A stretch of DNA of 64,000 nucleotides from Botryllus schlosseri (taxonomy: Eukaryota), in assembly GCA_051294905.1 (NCBI GenBank), contig CM119382.1, positions 7,378,001-7,442,000 of the forward strand, written 5' to 3'. Below are positions 26,651-36,439 of this stretch, in pieces. Each line of letters opens with the position of its first letter. Positions within the stretch are counted from its first letter, which is position 1. The notes beneath the pieces were generated by a model. That model was not told the DNA's origin. It saw only the letters and a program-made list of their open reading frames with translations, and did no database searches. The position numbers and the translations under genes were made by a program.

Positions 26651-29600
26651 TTAATCCCGCCGTAAGATTTCGGCGGGGATCGGTCCTTTGCACAGCACGA
26701 CCTCTGGATTCTGCGATTGTAACAATTTGAGCCCTTTGTTTCTCAAGTCTTCAGCGTTCATGCGCAGGGCCGCATTGCGCATTCTTGACTTTTCCGTTTT
26801 TGTCTTGCTCAGATGAATAAACCTCCTGTTTATTCGTTCAATGCCCAAAAGCTTGATGTGCTTTGCATTTTCCTTGGTGGTCATATGGTAAAGTACTTCA
26901 CTCCCACCGTATTCCTTATACGGCGGAGGCATGCCCTTTGTATGCCCGTGCGCGGCGGCGAGTCCTGATTCTGAGACTACGGCCCTGTCGCATTTTCCCA
27001 TGATGGATTTTATTTCCTCGATATCCATTGGTACCCCAAGTTTTTCGCGGACTACTCGGCAGGCATCCTCCCAGGGATGGTATCCGTTCATTGCGTTATC
27101 GCAACTTTCGTGCCGGCAGTGAAACATCAATACCCGCTGTATTTTCTCTCCGCGGGGCATTTTCAGAGTGTACCAAGGTTCCTCTCGCTTCGGGATTGTA
27201 GCCCAAACATGTGGGTCGTCGTCCCCAGCGGCCATCTCCATCCAATAGGATCGAGACAATCCATCCGACGTGAATACTTGTAGTGTGCTTAAATGGATTA
27301 CCTCCTTTATTTGGAATCCCGAGAGATGGTTGAGCCATCTTTGAATCAGGGGCTTTGGACTCGGATTCTTTGCCTTGTCCGTCATCCTCTTAAGGAGTCC
27401 GAACACCCCTGTGTTATCCGTGATTATCGTGAAGGGTAGGGCACGCAGCATTGACTGCCATTTTTCCACCGAATCTTTTAGGGCTTTCAGTTCCTTCGTA
27501 CATGGATCATAGGCCTTTGCCGCCGGAGTTACCCATTTCTGGCTGAAATAAGCGATCGGGTATACTTCTTTAAACGGTGGTTTGCTTCCTTCCTCCGTCT
27601 GGAAGATCACCGATCCGAACCCTACATCCGACGCATCCGTTTCTACAAAAAGTGGAAGTTCCGGATCCAGATGGTACAAGACCCTGGCATCGTCGAGTGA
27701 CGCCTGTGCCGTTTTGTAGTCTTGCACCAGTTCATTGGTCCAAAGTACCGGTGTCACTCTGCCTTGTGTCGCAGGGACGTTACCGGTCAGCGCATCGAAT
27801 TTAGCCAGTTTAAGGCTTAGCTCCGGGATATGCTCGGAGATGTAGCGGAGAGCGCCGATCCATCCCCGTAATTCATATATGTTATGGGGTGGTGAAAGTT
27901 CCCGTAGAGCCCTTATCCTCTCGGGCTGAACTTCAATTTCTTTTCCCGTCAGGGTTGCACCCAATAGGTTTACCCTCCGCTTTCCAATGAAGCATTTATT
28001 GACACTGACCGTCAATTTCATTTCCGCAAGTTGTTCAAACACCAGGCGTAGTAGTACCAAATGGTCGTCCACCGTTTTTGTGCTAAGGAAAATGTCGTCT
28101 ATGTAGGCCTCCATAGGCGTTGCATTCTCCTCATCCGTCCGGCCATTTTGTTTCATGTGATGCTGGTATTTTTCTGTGATGGGTTTCACCACGCATTCTT
28201 GCATGTTGGCGCTCCAAAGAGCAACTGCGGTCTTCAAACCCATCGGCATCTTGCGCCATCGCACGTGCATTCCTTTGATGGCTATACCCACGTATTGTTT
28301 AGACCTTTCCGTGACATCCATGTGGAAATAGGCCTTCTTCAAATCTAGGAGTGAAAGCACTTCTCTGCCTTGGGCTAGTTGCTTTACATCCGGTACTAGT
28401 GGCGGAGGTACTTCTATCGATTTTATGGCTGCATTCAAGGGTTTGAGATTCTGTACCACCCTCCATGATTGCTTCCATCCGTCCTCCTGTTTCTGTCTTT
28501 CGTTCATTTTTTGAGGAACAACAAATATTGCCAACTTCCATTCAGCGAATCCTTGTTCGATTACACCCAAGTCTAGGAAGTTGTCCACTGCTTCTTTTAA
28601 AGCCTTCGCCTGGCCCTCCCCCTTCAGATTATAAGGCCCTGACACAAATGGTTTCGTCGACGGGTCCTTAAGTTCGATGTCACATTTGTATTTCATGGCT
28701 TGCGGGGCGCCTAGGTGGCCCCGCAGGTCCTCAAGTTCGGACGCAAACGGTGCGTAGACGGCTTTCCAGACGTCATCGGGTATGATGGTATTTTCTGGAG
28801 TCGTCAGGTCAGGAGGCTTGTACGGGAGTTTGGCCAGTGCTACTGATTGGGCACAGATTTTCTCAAGTTCCGTCTTGACGCTTGGGTGAGTGTCTTCTCG
28901 TAAAACATACGTAGTAACTGGTCCAGCCATAGGCTGGTGTGGACGTCGTGATGATCGAGGTTTCGGTGTTGGTGGAGAGAGGGTGAGGTCCTTTGCCATA
29001 GGCCTCTGATCTCGGCGCGTGCCCGCGCTTACCGTCACGCCGACGGAATCGATTTCTCCCGTCGGGGACCCTGTTTCTGGGGAGACGTGCATCCTAAAAT
29101 CCCCAGACTCCTTGTCGGACATGACCGGACGTATATCCGGTTGATCGACAATAGCTGCTTCGTTTGAACCTTTCGGGACAGTAGTCATTACTGTGGCTGT
29201 CGTCATGCATCTATGGGCCGAATCATCACAGTCATTCGGACAAGTGCATCCACGAGAGCATTTAGGACCAGTTTTCTCGTGCAGGTCCTCATTTACGCCA
29301 GCGGGCATTCCACGCTCGACGTCAGCTGTAGCAGTCGTCATGCATCTATGGGCCGAAGTTCTGCAGTTCTTCGGACAAGTGCATCCACGAGGGCTTTTGG
29401 GACCAGTTTTCTCGTGCAGGTCCCAATCAGCTGTAGTGATCGCCATGCATCTATGGGCCGGATTATTACATTCATCCGGACAAGTGCATCCGCGATAGTT
29501 TACAGGACCAGTTTTCTCGTGCAGGTCCTCAATTACGCCAGCGGGCATTCCACGCTCGACGTCTTCATTAATGGTGTCAGCAGGCATTCCTGTCTTGACA

Positions 29601-30313
29601 TCAGCATTTTCCCTTAGGTTCTGTGTGACGTTAGTTGCGATTCTCAACTCGTCGGTCGCACCAGTGGCGATTTCCATCTCGGCACTCGCGCCGGCGGCAA
29701 TTTTCCGCTCCACGCTATCTTGGTTTGCAGCCTCCATCAACCCATCGTCGATTACAGTGTCGCGAGTACTGTTTCCGACGTTGGTTCCGTCCCGTTCATC
29801 ACACGGGTTCTCGTCATGTATCGTTACCAAGGACAATTCTTCATTTGCGTTAGACGGGGTTTTTAATTCAGTTGCTATGCTTGGTAATTGTTGGACTTGA
29901 TCAATCCATTTTAAGCCAACAATATTGAGAGGGACTCCTTTCCCGGTCGCAAATGGAACCGGTAATCCATCAAAATCAATTGTAACTAAGGAGTCCACAT
30001 GGGAGGAGCCCCCTATGCCACGTAACTTCATATCTAAGGGTTGGCGTTCCTCCCAACTTTTTGGGTACATGGTTTGTACGACACTTTTCATTATCAAATT
30101 GGGTATGCTTCCCGTGTCGGCCAGAAATTTCGTACCAGTTGTCGAATCAACTAAGTACAAAAGCCGACCGCCGAATAACTCCGTAAAGTTAGGCTGTAGA
30201 GGGTTATCCGGTGTATCAAGAAAAGTAAATAGGGGTAAAGAAGCATTATGTAAAGTTTTTGTGTGTTGTGGAAGTAATTTGTCTGGGAGCTGATTTACCG
30301 GATCAATCAGCAC
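26651..30313 (-). CDS. pol: Pol polyprotein: aspartic protease, Cys/His-repeat spacer, reverse transcriptase, RNase H, Tpt1/KptA 2'-phosphotransferase; no integrase
   Basis: PR FLADTGS and NIVGLKWI. RT LDLKKAYFH, MPMGLKTA, YIDD. Ty3/gypsy-type RNase H TDASDVG...PIAYFSQK...KELKAL...TDN. C-terminal RH...HGHT...YHMT...RRFIHLS...IPAEIL. No HHCC or DD35E motif. Probably made by -1 frameshift from gag. Confidence 0.93.
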   Translation of the reverse strand: MLIDPVNQLPDKLLPQHTKTLHNASLPLFTFLDTPDNPLQPNFTELFGGRLLYLVDSTTGTKFLADTGSIPNLIMKSVVQTMYPKSWEERQPLDMKLRGIGGSSHVDSLVTIDFDGLPVPFATGKGVPLNIVGLKWIDQVQQLPSIATELKTPSNANEELSLVTIHDENPCDERDGTNVGNSTRDTVIDDGLMEAANQDSVERKIAAGASAEMEIATGATDELRIATNVTQNLRENADVKTGMPADTINEDVERGMPAGVIEDLHEKTGPVNYRGCTCPDECNNPAHRCMAITTADWDLHEKTGPKSPRGCTCPKNCRTSAHRCMTTATADVERGMPAGVNEDLHEKTGPKCSRGCTCPNDCDDSAHRCMTTATVMTTVPKGSNEAAIVDQPDIRPVMSDKESGDFRMHVSPETGSPTGEIDSVGVTVSAGTRRDQRPMAKDLTLSPPTPKPRSSRRPHQPMAGPVTTYVLREDTHPSVKTELEKICAQSVALAKLPYKPPDLTTPENTIIPDDVWKAVYAPFASELEDLRGHLGAPQAMKYKCDIELKDPSTKPFVSGPYNLKGEGQAKALKEAVDNFLDLGVIEQGFAEWKLAIFVVPQKMNERQKQEDGWKQSWRVVQNLKPLNAAIKSIEVPPPLVPDVKQLAQGREVLSLLDLKKAYFHMDVTERSKQYVGIAIKGMHVRWRKMPMGLKTAVALWSANMQECVVKPITEKYQHHMKQNGRTDEENATPMEAYIDDIFLSTKTVDDHLVLLRLVFEQLAEMKLTVSVNKCFIGKRRVNLLGATLTGKEIEVQPERIRALRELSPPHNIYELRGWIGALRYISEHIPELSLKLAKFDALTGNVPATQGRVTPVLWTNELVQDYKTAQASLDDARVLYHLDPELPLFVETDASDVGFGSVIFQTEEGSKPPFKEVYPIAYFSQKWVTPAAKAYDPCTKELKALKDSVEKWQSMLRALPFTIITDNTGVFGLLKRMTDKAKNPSPKPLIQRWLNHLSGFQIKEVIHLSTLQVFTSDGLSRSYWMEMAAGDDDPHVWATIPKREEPWYTLKMPRGEKIQRVLMFHCRHESCDNAMNGYHPWEDACRVVREKLGVPMDIEEIKSIMGKCDRAVVSESGLAAAHGHTKGMPPPYKEYGGSEVLYHMTTKENAKHIKLLGIERINRRFIHLSKTKTEKSRMRNAALRMNAEDLRNKGLKLLQSQNPEVVLCKGPIPAEILRRD

Positions 30314-30328
30314 CCAAAGGCGTTTTTT
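30285..30328 (-). promoter_or_regulatory. -1 programmed ribosomal frameshift signal at the gag-pol junction
   Basis: Slippery heptamer A AAA AAC (30328-30322) in the gag frame, a 6-nt spacer, then hairpin GGG-U-GCUGAUU...AAUCAGC-U-CCC (30315-30285). Pol is in the -1 frame and open through the site. Confidence 0.88.
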
Positions 30329-33291
30329 GAGAGCTGTATTCCTTGATCGAGCTCTTCATCCGTCCAGTGTGACGCATCGTACCGACGCGGGTTTCGAGGG
30401 TATTGCGGCTCCGTCCAGGCGGCCACCTGGCCATTGCTCTGGGGTGGTTGAGCAGGCGGTCCTTGGGGACCCCATTGGTCCCTATTGTGCCAATGGGTCC
30501 TATCCCGATTTTTCGGTCGCGTGTCGAAGTAGTTTTCGCACAGGACCGTTCGCTGAACAAATGAAGGAGAGCGTTGGGCCGCAAGGTACCTGTCAAGGTC
30601 CCGGATCGTTCGCAGGTTATTCTGCCTCAGAAACGGTCCCCAGTTTCGTTCCGCGGCTTCCTTTAGGTAGGCAGGTACTGGCCGTGTCCGCGCTCGTATG
30701 ACCCATCCTAAGGTGTCATCCTTGGCGAGTGCCTCGTCGTTGAGCCAAAGGATAAATTTGGCCACGCAATTGCGGGACTGGTGTCCGGGCGCCTTGCAGT
30801 AATAGCACACCGAGAGTGCCTGTCCCCGGGGTGGATCCAAGTACAAGCCTAGAGGGGCGAAGATGTTAGGATTACCAAGGAAATTGTACCTCTCACCTTG
30901 GGTTTCTGCTATGTTGCGAGCTTCCTGGCTGTTTGACGGGGTGATTTGCGAGCTATCTCCCCCCATTCCTGAATCCTGTGTGTTCATCATTCGCGGACTC
31001 ATCATTCGCGGGCCATGATTCGAAGCACCAGGTCCAGGTTGGAACCTTGGTTGTCCCGCCGATCCCGGCGGGGCGTTGTAGGTGTTACGAGGTCGCACTT
31101 GTCCAGGCCTCGGGGCCTGTGCCCGTCTTCCAGGTCCAAATCCGTTCCCTCCGCTGACAGGCGGGCGGCCGGTTCGAGCCATACGATGTGGATTGCGGCG
31201 CGGGCCATCCCCAGCCAATTGTCGCGGTGACAACTGTCCTACCGGTCTAGGAGGTGTACTTGTACCACCAAACATGTTCGGCGGCTGCAGGGGTGAAGGT
31301 GGCTGCACCACCGGAGGTGGCGTCGGTCCCAGGGGAGGTGGAGTGTTTAACTGTCCATCTCCACCTCCGTGCGCGGGATAGCTGTGCATCATTGGTCCCG
31401 CAGGCTGAACATTATAGATGTGTACCGGCGGTAGCGGCGACGACTTCTCGCGCGTTTTATCGGTCACCCGGGTGGGTAGACTCATTTCTTGCTCATCCAG
31501 GAACTCGGAGTTCCAGTATAACTGTAGTTCCTCTGCCACATCTTGCCATGACTTGTCGTCCCAACCCCGCATGAGCAGTCTAAGGGATTCTGGTAATTTT
31601 TGTCGCAAATTGCGGAAGAGTCGCAGTCCATCCTGATTCGCGTTGATCTCGTCATACATGTTAATCTCCAGCTGTTTCAGGGCGCTGTTCAGTAGCGGCA
31701 ATGGCTCTATCTCCCAACAATAGTTTCTTCGGAAATCGTTGATTACTCTCTCATTGTTTACCAATCCTTGAGGATTGGATAGCGATAGCGCTTTCATCAC
31801 TGAGGACCACTTCGCATTTCCTGAATTAGTGTTAAAGAAGTTCCCCAGCTGGTTGGCTTGCTTGGTACGTCCCGCACTTCGCAATTTCTTTTGCATGGCG
31901 TTGGCCAGGATAATATCCGCATCGGTATCGCCCTCACCGTGTCGTACACGTTTCATCGTATTCGCCATCCACTTCAGGAGGGGCATATCCCCTGGATCCA
32001 TCATCAGCTGTAGCATTTCCTTCTCTGATTGAAACCTCACAGGCGTGGTGAGCATCGGGTGTTGCGGGAGTGGGTGCGGACGTGGGGTCGGACTTCGTGG
32101 TCTCTCCCCGCCTTCCCTTGGAGTGGACGCGTATTGCGGTAGCCTGAGGTACTCCGGGCTACCTGATCTTTCGTCCCCATGGTATCCCGTAGCGAAGTGC
32201 TCGGGGCTGAGAAGGTTCGTCGTGGCGTTCCTGCAGGCTGCCAAGGACTCCCTCGCCTTATCCATCCTCTGAGTCAATCGGCTCAGCTGGGCGTTGACCT
32301 TGTCTTCTATGCGACCAGGGCTTTCGTCACTGTTTCGCGGTCGTTGGTCTTCCCGGAAAGTAACGCGTCTTGTTTGATCGCTGTCTGTACTGCTAGTCCG
32401 CCCTTTGGAGCCTCTAGTCGCCTGTCGGTCCTCGAGCCACTTATTGAGTTGTTCATGGCTTAGCGGGTAGCCTCCGTCGGATTCCGATCCAGTATCGGTT
32501 TCTGTTTCCTCCGAGTGGAGTGGTCCGGGCGTGTCCACGAGGTATCTCGTTAGACGAGGGCTATTTATACTGGCAAGCGTTCGCAGGTGATCGTAGGACC
32601 TTGGGGTCGGACCTCCCTCCGCGCCTATTTGTTTAGGGCGTGTCCCGCCTCCTGTGCGGAAGCTCGGAGCAAGTCCAAGCTTGGAGCCTGACGGAGGGGC
32701 TGTTTCTGAACCCGGCAACGTTGGGTACACAGCCGTCACCGTATGGCAATCCAGACCCTTCTGAACCGTAAACGTGGGCATAGGCGCCACATCCATGCTT
32801 GTTCGTACCGCAGCCGGGTCATAAGCCGGTGGAGGTGCCGTAGCCATTACAGACAGAGAAGGAGGTGGCGGCGGTTTATCCCCCACAACTTGTGCATGGG
32901 CTACGCCCAGTTCGAATTCCGACTTCAGGATTTCGTTCAGTACTGCGGTGGAAACTTTCCCGCTTGCTTTTGAAGTTGCGCTGCACACTGCTTTGAGGTC
33001 GGCCTGAGCCTGCCTCACTTCCTTCTTGGCTTTCTCTAACCCTTTCATCGTTTCGGGCAGAGTCGACTTGATTTCTTTTAGCGCTTTCGTTTGTTCCTCT
33101 ACGTTTCTTGCCAGTTGTTCCTCTTGTTGTCTGACATCTTCGTGGCGTTTTTGCGTTGCTTTCAGCAGTTTGATTCCCTGCTCGAGTTCGCCAGCCGCCT
33201 TTGACGGCTTCTTCTTCTTCTGAAATAACTTAAACATTCTTTGCATAATTTGCTTAAAAGTTCGATTGTCTGTTAGCTGATGCTTGACCAC
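30307..33291 (-). CDS. gag: Gag-like polyprotein (994 aa open frame; first ATG at 33246)
   Basis: CCHC zinc knuckle CYYCKAPGHQSRNC, N-terminal coiled coil, PPPAY late-domain-like motif and Pro-rich regions. Lies directly upstream of pol. Confidence 0.88.
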   Translation of the reverse strand: MVKHQLTDNRTFKQIMQRMFKLFQKKKKPSKAAGELEQGIKLLKATQKRHEDVRQQEEQLARNVEEQTKALKEIKSTLPETMKGLEKAKKEVRQAQADLKAVCSATSKASGKVSTAVLNEILKSEFELGVAHAQVVGDKPPPPPSLSVMATAPPPAYDPAAVRTSMDVAPMPTFTVQKGLDCHTVTAVYPTLPGSETAPPSGSKLGLAPSFRTGGGTRPKQIGAEGGPTPRSYDHLRTLASINSPRLTRYLVDTPGPLHSEETETDTGSESDGGYPLSHEQLNKWLEDRQATRGSKGRTSSTDSDQTRRVTFREDQRPRNSDESPGRIEDKVNAQLSRLTQRMDKARESLAACRNATTNLLSPEHFATGYHGDERSGSPEYLRLPQYASTPREGGERPRSPTPRPHPLPQHPMLTTPVRFQSEKEMLQLMMDPGDMPLLKWMANTMKRVRHGEGDTDADIILANAMQKKLRSAGRTKQANQLGNFFNTNSGNAKWSSVMKALSLSNPQGLVNNERVINDFRRNYCWEIEPLPLLNSALKQLEINMYDEINANQDGLRLFRNLRQKLPESLRLLMRGWDDKSWQDVAEELQLYWNSEFLDEQEMSLPTRVTDKTREKSSPLPPVHIYNVQPAGPMMHSYPAHGGGDGQLNTPPPLGPTPPPVVQPPSPLQPPNMFGGTSTPPRPVGQLSPRQLAGDGPRRNPHRMARTGRPPVSGGNGFGPGRRAQAPRPGQVRPRNTYNAPPGSAGQPRFQPGPGASNHGPRMMSPRMMNTQDSGMGGDSSQITPSNSQEARNIAETQGERYNFLGNPNIFAPLGLYLDPPRGQALSVCYYCKAPGHQSRNCVAKFILWLNDEALAKDDTLGWVIRARTRPVPAYLKEAAERNWGPFLRQNNLRTIRDLDRYLAAQRSPSFVQRTVLCENYFDTRPKNRDRTHWHNRDQWGPQGPPAQPPQSNGQVAAWTEPQYPRNPRRYDASHWTDEELDQGIQLSKNAFGC

Positions 33292-33603
33292 TTATTGGCT
33301 TGAAGATGTGATGTTGGTGACGTTGGTGATGATCTGAGGAAGAACGCCTTCGGGCGAGGTTTGGTTCCCCAGGACCCCCGGTCCTGGAGTCGTAAATTCG
33401 ATTACTCGTCCAACAACCGCTTTGGCCGTTGTGATGATGTCACGGGAGGGTTCTCCTGTGGTAGGTGAGGGAAGAAAGAGGGATGTAAGGACTGACGGTA
33501 CGCTGTGTCCGGAGACCGATATTATTATCACCAAAAGTGAGATGGCGGATGTGATTACGGATGCAACAAGTACGGCTTTCACGATGGTCGTCTTTGAGCA
33601 CAT
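33292..33603 (-). CDS. Small membrane protein (103 aa), in frame with and immediately upstream of gag
   Basis: N-terminal hydrophobic stretch (IVKAVLVASVITSAISLLVIIISV) and sequons NQT, NVT, NIT. Its ATG lies 27 nt after the PBS, and its TAA abuts the gag frame. Confidence 0.65.
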   Translation of the reverse strand: MCSKTTIVKAVLVASVITSAISLLVIIISVSGHSVPSVLTSLFLPSPTTGEPSRDIITTAKAVVGRVIEFTTPGPGVLGNQTSPEGVLPQIITNVTNITSSSQ

Positions 33604-33630
33604 CGATGAGTCAGCGTTATACCGGAAACA

Positions 33631-33648
33631 ATCCCAGTGGTGCCTCCA
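33631..33648 (-). other. Primer binding site complementary to the tRNA-Thr 3' end
   Basis: TGGAGGCACCACTGGGAT matches 17/18 to the complement of the animal tRNA-Thr(AGU) 3' end as I recall it (ATCCCAGCGGTGCCT-CCA). It is preceded by ...AAAACA-TC. Confidence 0.82.
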
Positions 33649-34037
33649 GATGTTTTAAAGTGCAGCTCCAATAACGATTGTTATGCGAGTAGTCCACACT
33701 TGGTTCGGGTTATTTCGCGGTGAGGAGTTGACTCTTCTTTTGTACTCGAGCTGTCCAGACGACGTTCTTGGATATTGATTGAAGTATCCGTAGCGGTTGC
33801 AATGTTGTATATCCAAGTAGTCAATGACCGTTAGGTCCAGAATTCTAAACTAACCTATGCTAACGTGTAATCTAAACCTTAATACAACCAAATACTCCAA
33901 TGTTAATCATGCAAGCGGAAATGAGGTAACTCTATGCGAAACTCGGTTAAATTGGCATACACAACATTCATCAATTATAACACGAGGCATGGTTTAACCT
34001 ACTCAACGTCATGCACAAATAACTCATTTCAAATACT

Positions 34038-34208
34038 CCAAGGTTTGTTTACGCATTTTTATGCGACGGCCTTTCCTGCCGGAAATTTGTGTATATCCAA
34101 GGGTTTGTTTACACATATAATGCATGTGACGGCCTTTCCTGCCGAAAAGTAGCTCCAAGGTTGGTTTACACATATAATGCATGTGACGGCCTTTCCTGCC
34201 GAAAAGTA
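34038..34208. repeat. Three ~57-bp tandem repeats (CCAAGG...GACGGCCTTTCCTGCCGAAAA)
   Basis: Copies start at 34038, 34097 and 34155. Confidence 0.9.
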
Positions 34209-35748
34209 CATACATGACATATAGTTTCACATCCCTCAATTACAATAGTCATGCACGAACTAATAATGATTACAATTCGTTATCTTTCTGGGTTCTTTTC
34301 GCATTGGTGTAAGCTTTTTATTCATTCGTATGTACCGTGTCTCACAGGCAATAGACCTGATTTACCACGAATCCTAAACTCTACACATGCTCCAATAAGG
34401 TAGAGGGTCCTAGCTTAGTCTAAGGGCGCGTAGCTAGTTATAACGCGTAATTAAGACCTAATTATTATCTACAGGCACAGTACTTGACATTAAATTATTG
34501 CAGTGACAACCAATTACTCACATATTAAATGTTCATCAACTCACGCATATATCTAAGACATAAAATGTTAGCGCCATTTTAAAGCAACCTGATGGTATTG
34601 GTCAAAGATACAGTAAATGAAGCGTTTGAACACAATAAGGAAAATTGGCATCATCATACAATAATACATCAAACCCTCACATGAAAGTACCCATCAGTTC
34701 GTTTATGACGCGTAACGCCGGAAGGTTCTGACATTAAGGACGTCGCCTCTTTGACCCAATTGACAAGATCATGTGCCTGGTTAATTGCACGTTGATCCTA
34801 TCAACATGATCATTATGCCTGGTTAGAGTGCATGTGCGTTACTACCCTTAACAAGGTGTTGTTTATTCGAACACTGCCAGATACCAATGGTCCCTTGCGG
34901 GTTTCGTTCCGTTACAGTTCGTTATGATTCTCGTGTCCCGTCACCGTGCCGCAGATTGAACTATGCCATCGCTCGTCCAACGCATCTTTTTCGATCTCCA
35001 TCAGCGTTTTTTCAGGACACCTTCGGCAATCGTACGTTTGAGTACTCAATCTCGTGCATATCTTTTCGAACCCGATTTCTTTGACTCCTTTGATCATGAA
35101 ACAATTTTTTCTGCCGCAGCTTGTCATGATCGTCTCTTCCTCCGTTACTGTTAACGGGAATTCTTACGGGCTTGGTTTGGCACGTTCCAACCTTTGGTTC
35201 ACTGTCCCTTTGTTAGCAGTGATTGATGGTTGTGCCGGATTTCCTTTTATTTCTTCTATTACACTTCGTTAAGCCCTCGAGAGGAGTAATATTTTCGGGA
35301 TCTCGTTTGCACTCTTAGAGTTAGTACTCCCAAGTCGTGTATTATCGCCAGCAGAGTGTCTTGCTATTGCTTTGGTACGAGTATGGCATTTCTTTCTCGG
35401 TATTGTCCAGACGGTATCACTAGGTCTTGTCATACAAATTTTGGGTACATTCGATGTTCATAGAGAGGGCATTGAAATAGACACATATCAGAATATCGCG
35501 AGATTTGTTATCGTAACGCTACTACAATATAGTAATTTGCATACATATACAGATCACGGTGCGATAACTGCGCTTGCCAAGCACATCCATTTCGTAAAAC
35601 GAATGTGCAGACAAGGTGGGTCTATCCCTAATGTCCTACTCAACCATCGACACATCAGTTTCGAAAAACAAATGTGTGGACCGGTTCATGGGTTATTTTT
35701 CCTAAGGTCTATTGATAGTAGTACCGGCCCAAGGTATTTTTACTTTTT

Positions 35749-36168
35749 TTAGTCCTAATTCTAGTCCTAATTTTAGTCCTAATTCTAGTCCTAATCATTC
35801 TCGGTTATAGTCCTAAACATTTTGGAAAGTCTGTCCGTCTTATCCAAGATCTAAAATCAAGGTACGGATCTATATCCATTGTGGATATTGTCCTTAACAT
35901 TTTAGAAAATCTGTCCGTCTTATCCAGGATCTAATATCAAGGTACGGATAGATAATAGTTTAGATATTGTCCTTATCATTTTGGAAAATCTGTCCGTCTT
36001 ATCCAAGATCTAATATCAAGGTACGGGTGTTGTACTTAACATTTTGGAAAATCTGTCCGTCTTATCCAAGATCTAATATCAAGGTACGGATGTATTAATT
36101 ATAGTGGCCCTAATTGTTTTGGAAAATCTGTCCGTCTTATCCAGGATCTAAGATCAAGGTACGGATAG
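35749..36168. repeat. Five TAGTCCTAA units followed by five ~49-bp repeats with variable linkers
   Basis: Core TTTTGGAAAATCTGTCCGTCTTATCCAAGATCTAATATCAAGGTACGGA at ~35820, 35900, 35979, 36042 and 36117. Confidence 0.9.
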
Positions 36169-36217
36169 ATAAGTTATTCCACGAGGGTGTAGGTACTGAC
36201 ACGGATGTTGCGTCATA

Positions 36218-36236
36218 TCTCTTTTCTCCCCCTCTC
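36218..36236 (-). other. Candidate polypurine tract
   Basis: 19 consecutive purines GAGAGGGGGAGAAAAGAGA followed by TA-TG. This is the longest such run I found between the glycoprotein genes and the PBS. Confidence 0.65.
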
Positions 36237-36439
36237 AAATTCGCATAGTTTGAATGCTTGGCACCTGTCGGTTTTACAAGACATCCACATAACGGTCATT
36301 CACATAAGGGTCCGAGCCCAAGTCCAACCCAACTACCTCTTCGTGCAACACACGTTGTATGTGACATGTCCAACACAACTACTCCTCCAACCACTTCGTA
36401 TTGTTAAACTCATTTACCCCACAAAGGCATTTTTTCCGT

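Larger units (their letters stand above)
33651..36215 (-). other. Single internal LTR-like segment (TG...CA, 2565 bp)
   Basis: Lies exactly between the PPT (2-nt gap) and the PBS (2-nt gap). It contains repeat arrays, a candidate TATA (34438-34443) and a candidate AATAAA (34317-34322). No second copy was seen in the window. Confidence 0.65.

Noticed and set aside
26409-26693. 94-aa ORF overlapping the pol 3' end
   Set aside because: GTG start, no recognisable motif, different frame from pol. It cannot be supported without homologues.
26651-30313. Integrase domain in pol
   Set aside because: No HHCC zinc finger or D,D(35)E motif. The region after RNase H is accounted for by the Tpt1-like domain up to the stop.
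35820-36168. CRISPR-like repeat-spacer appearance
   Set aside because: Eukaryotic context, no cas genes, unequal linker lengths, and linkers that resemble each other (GATATTGTCCTTA-CA). It is a degenerate tandem repeat.
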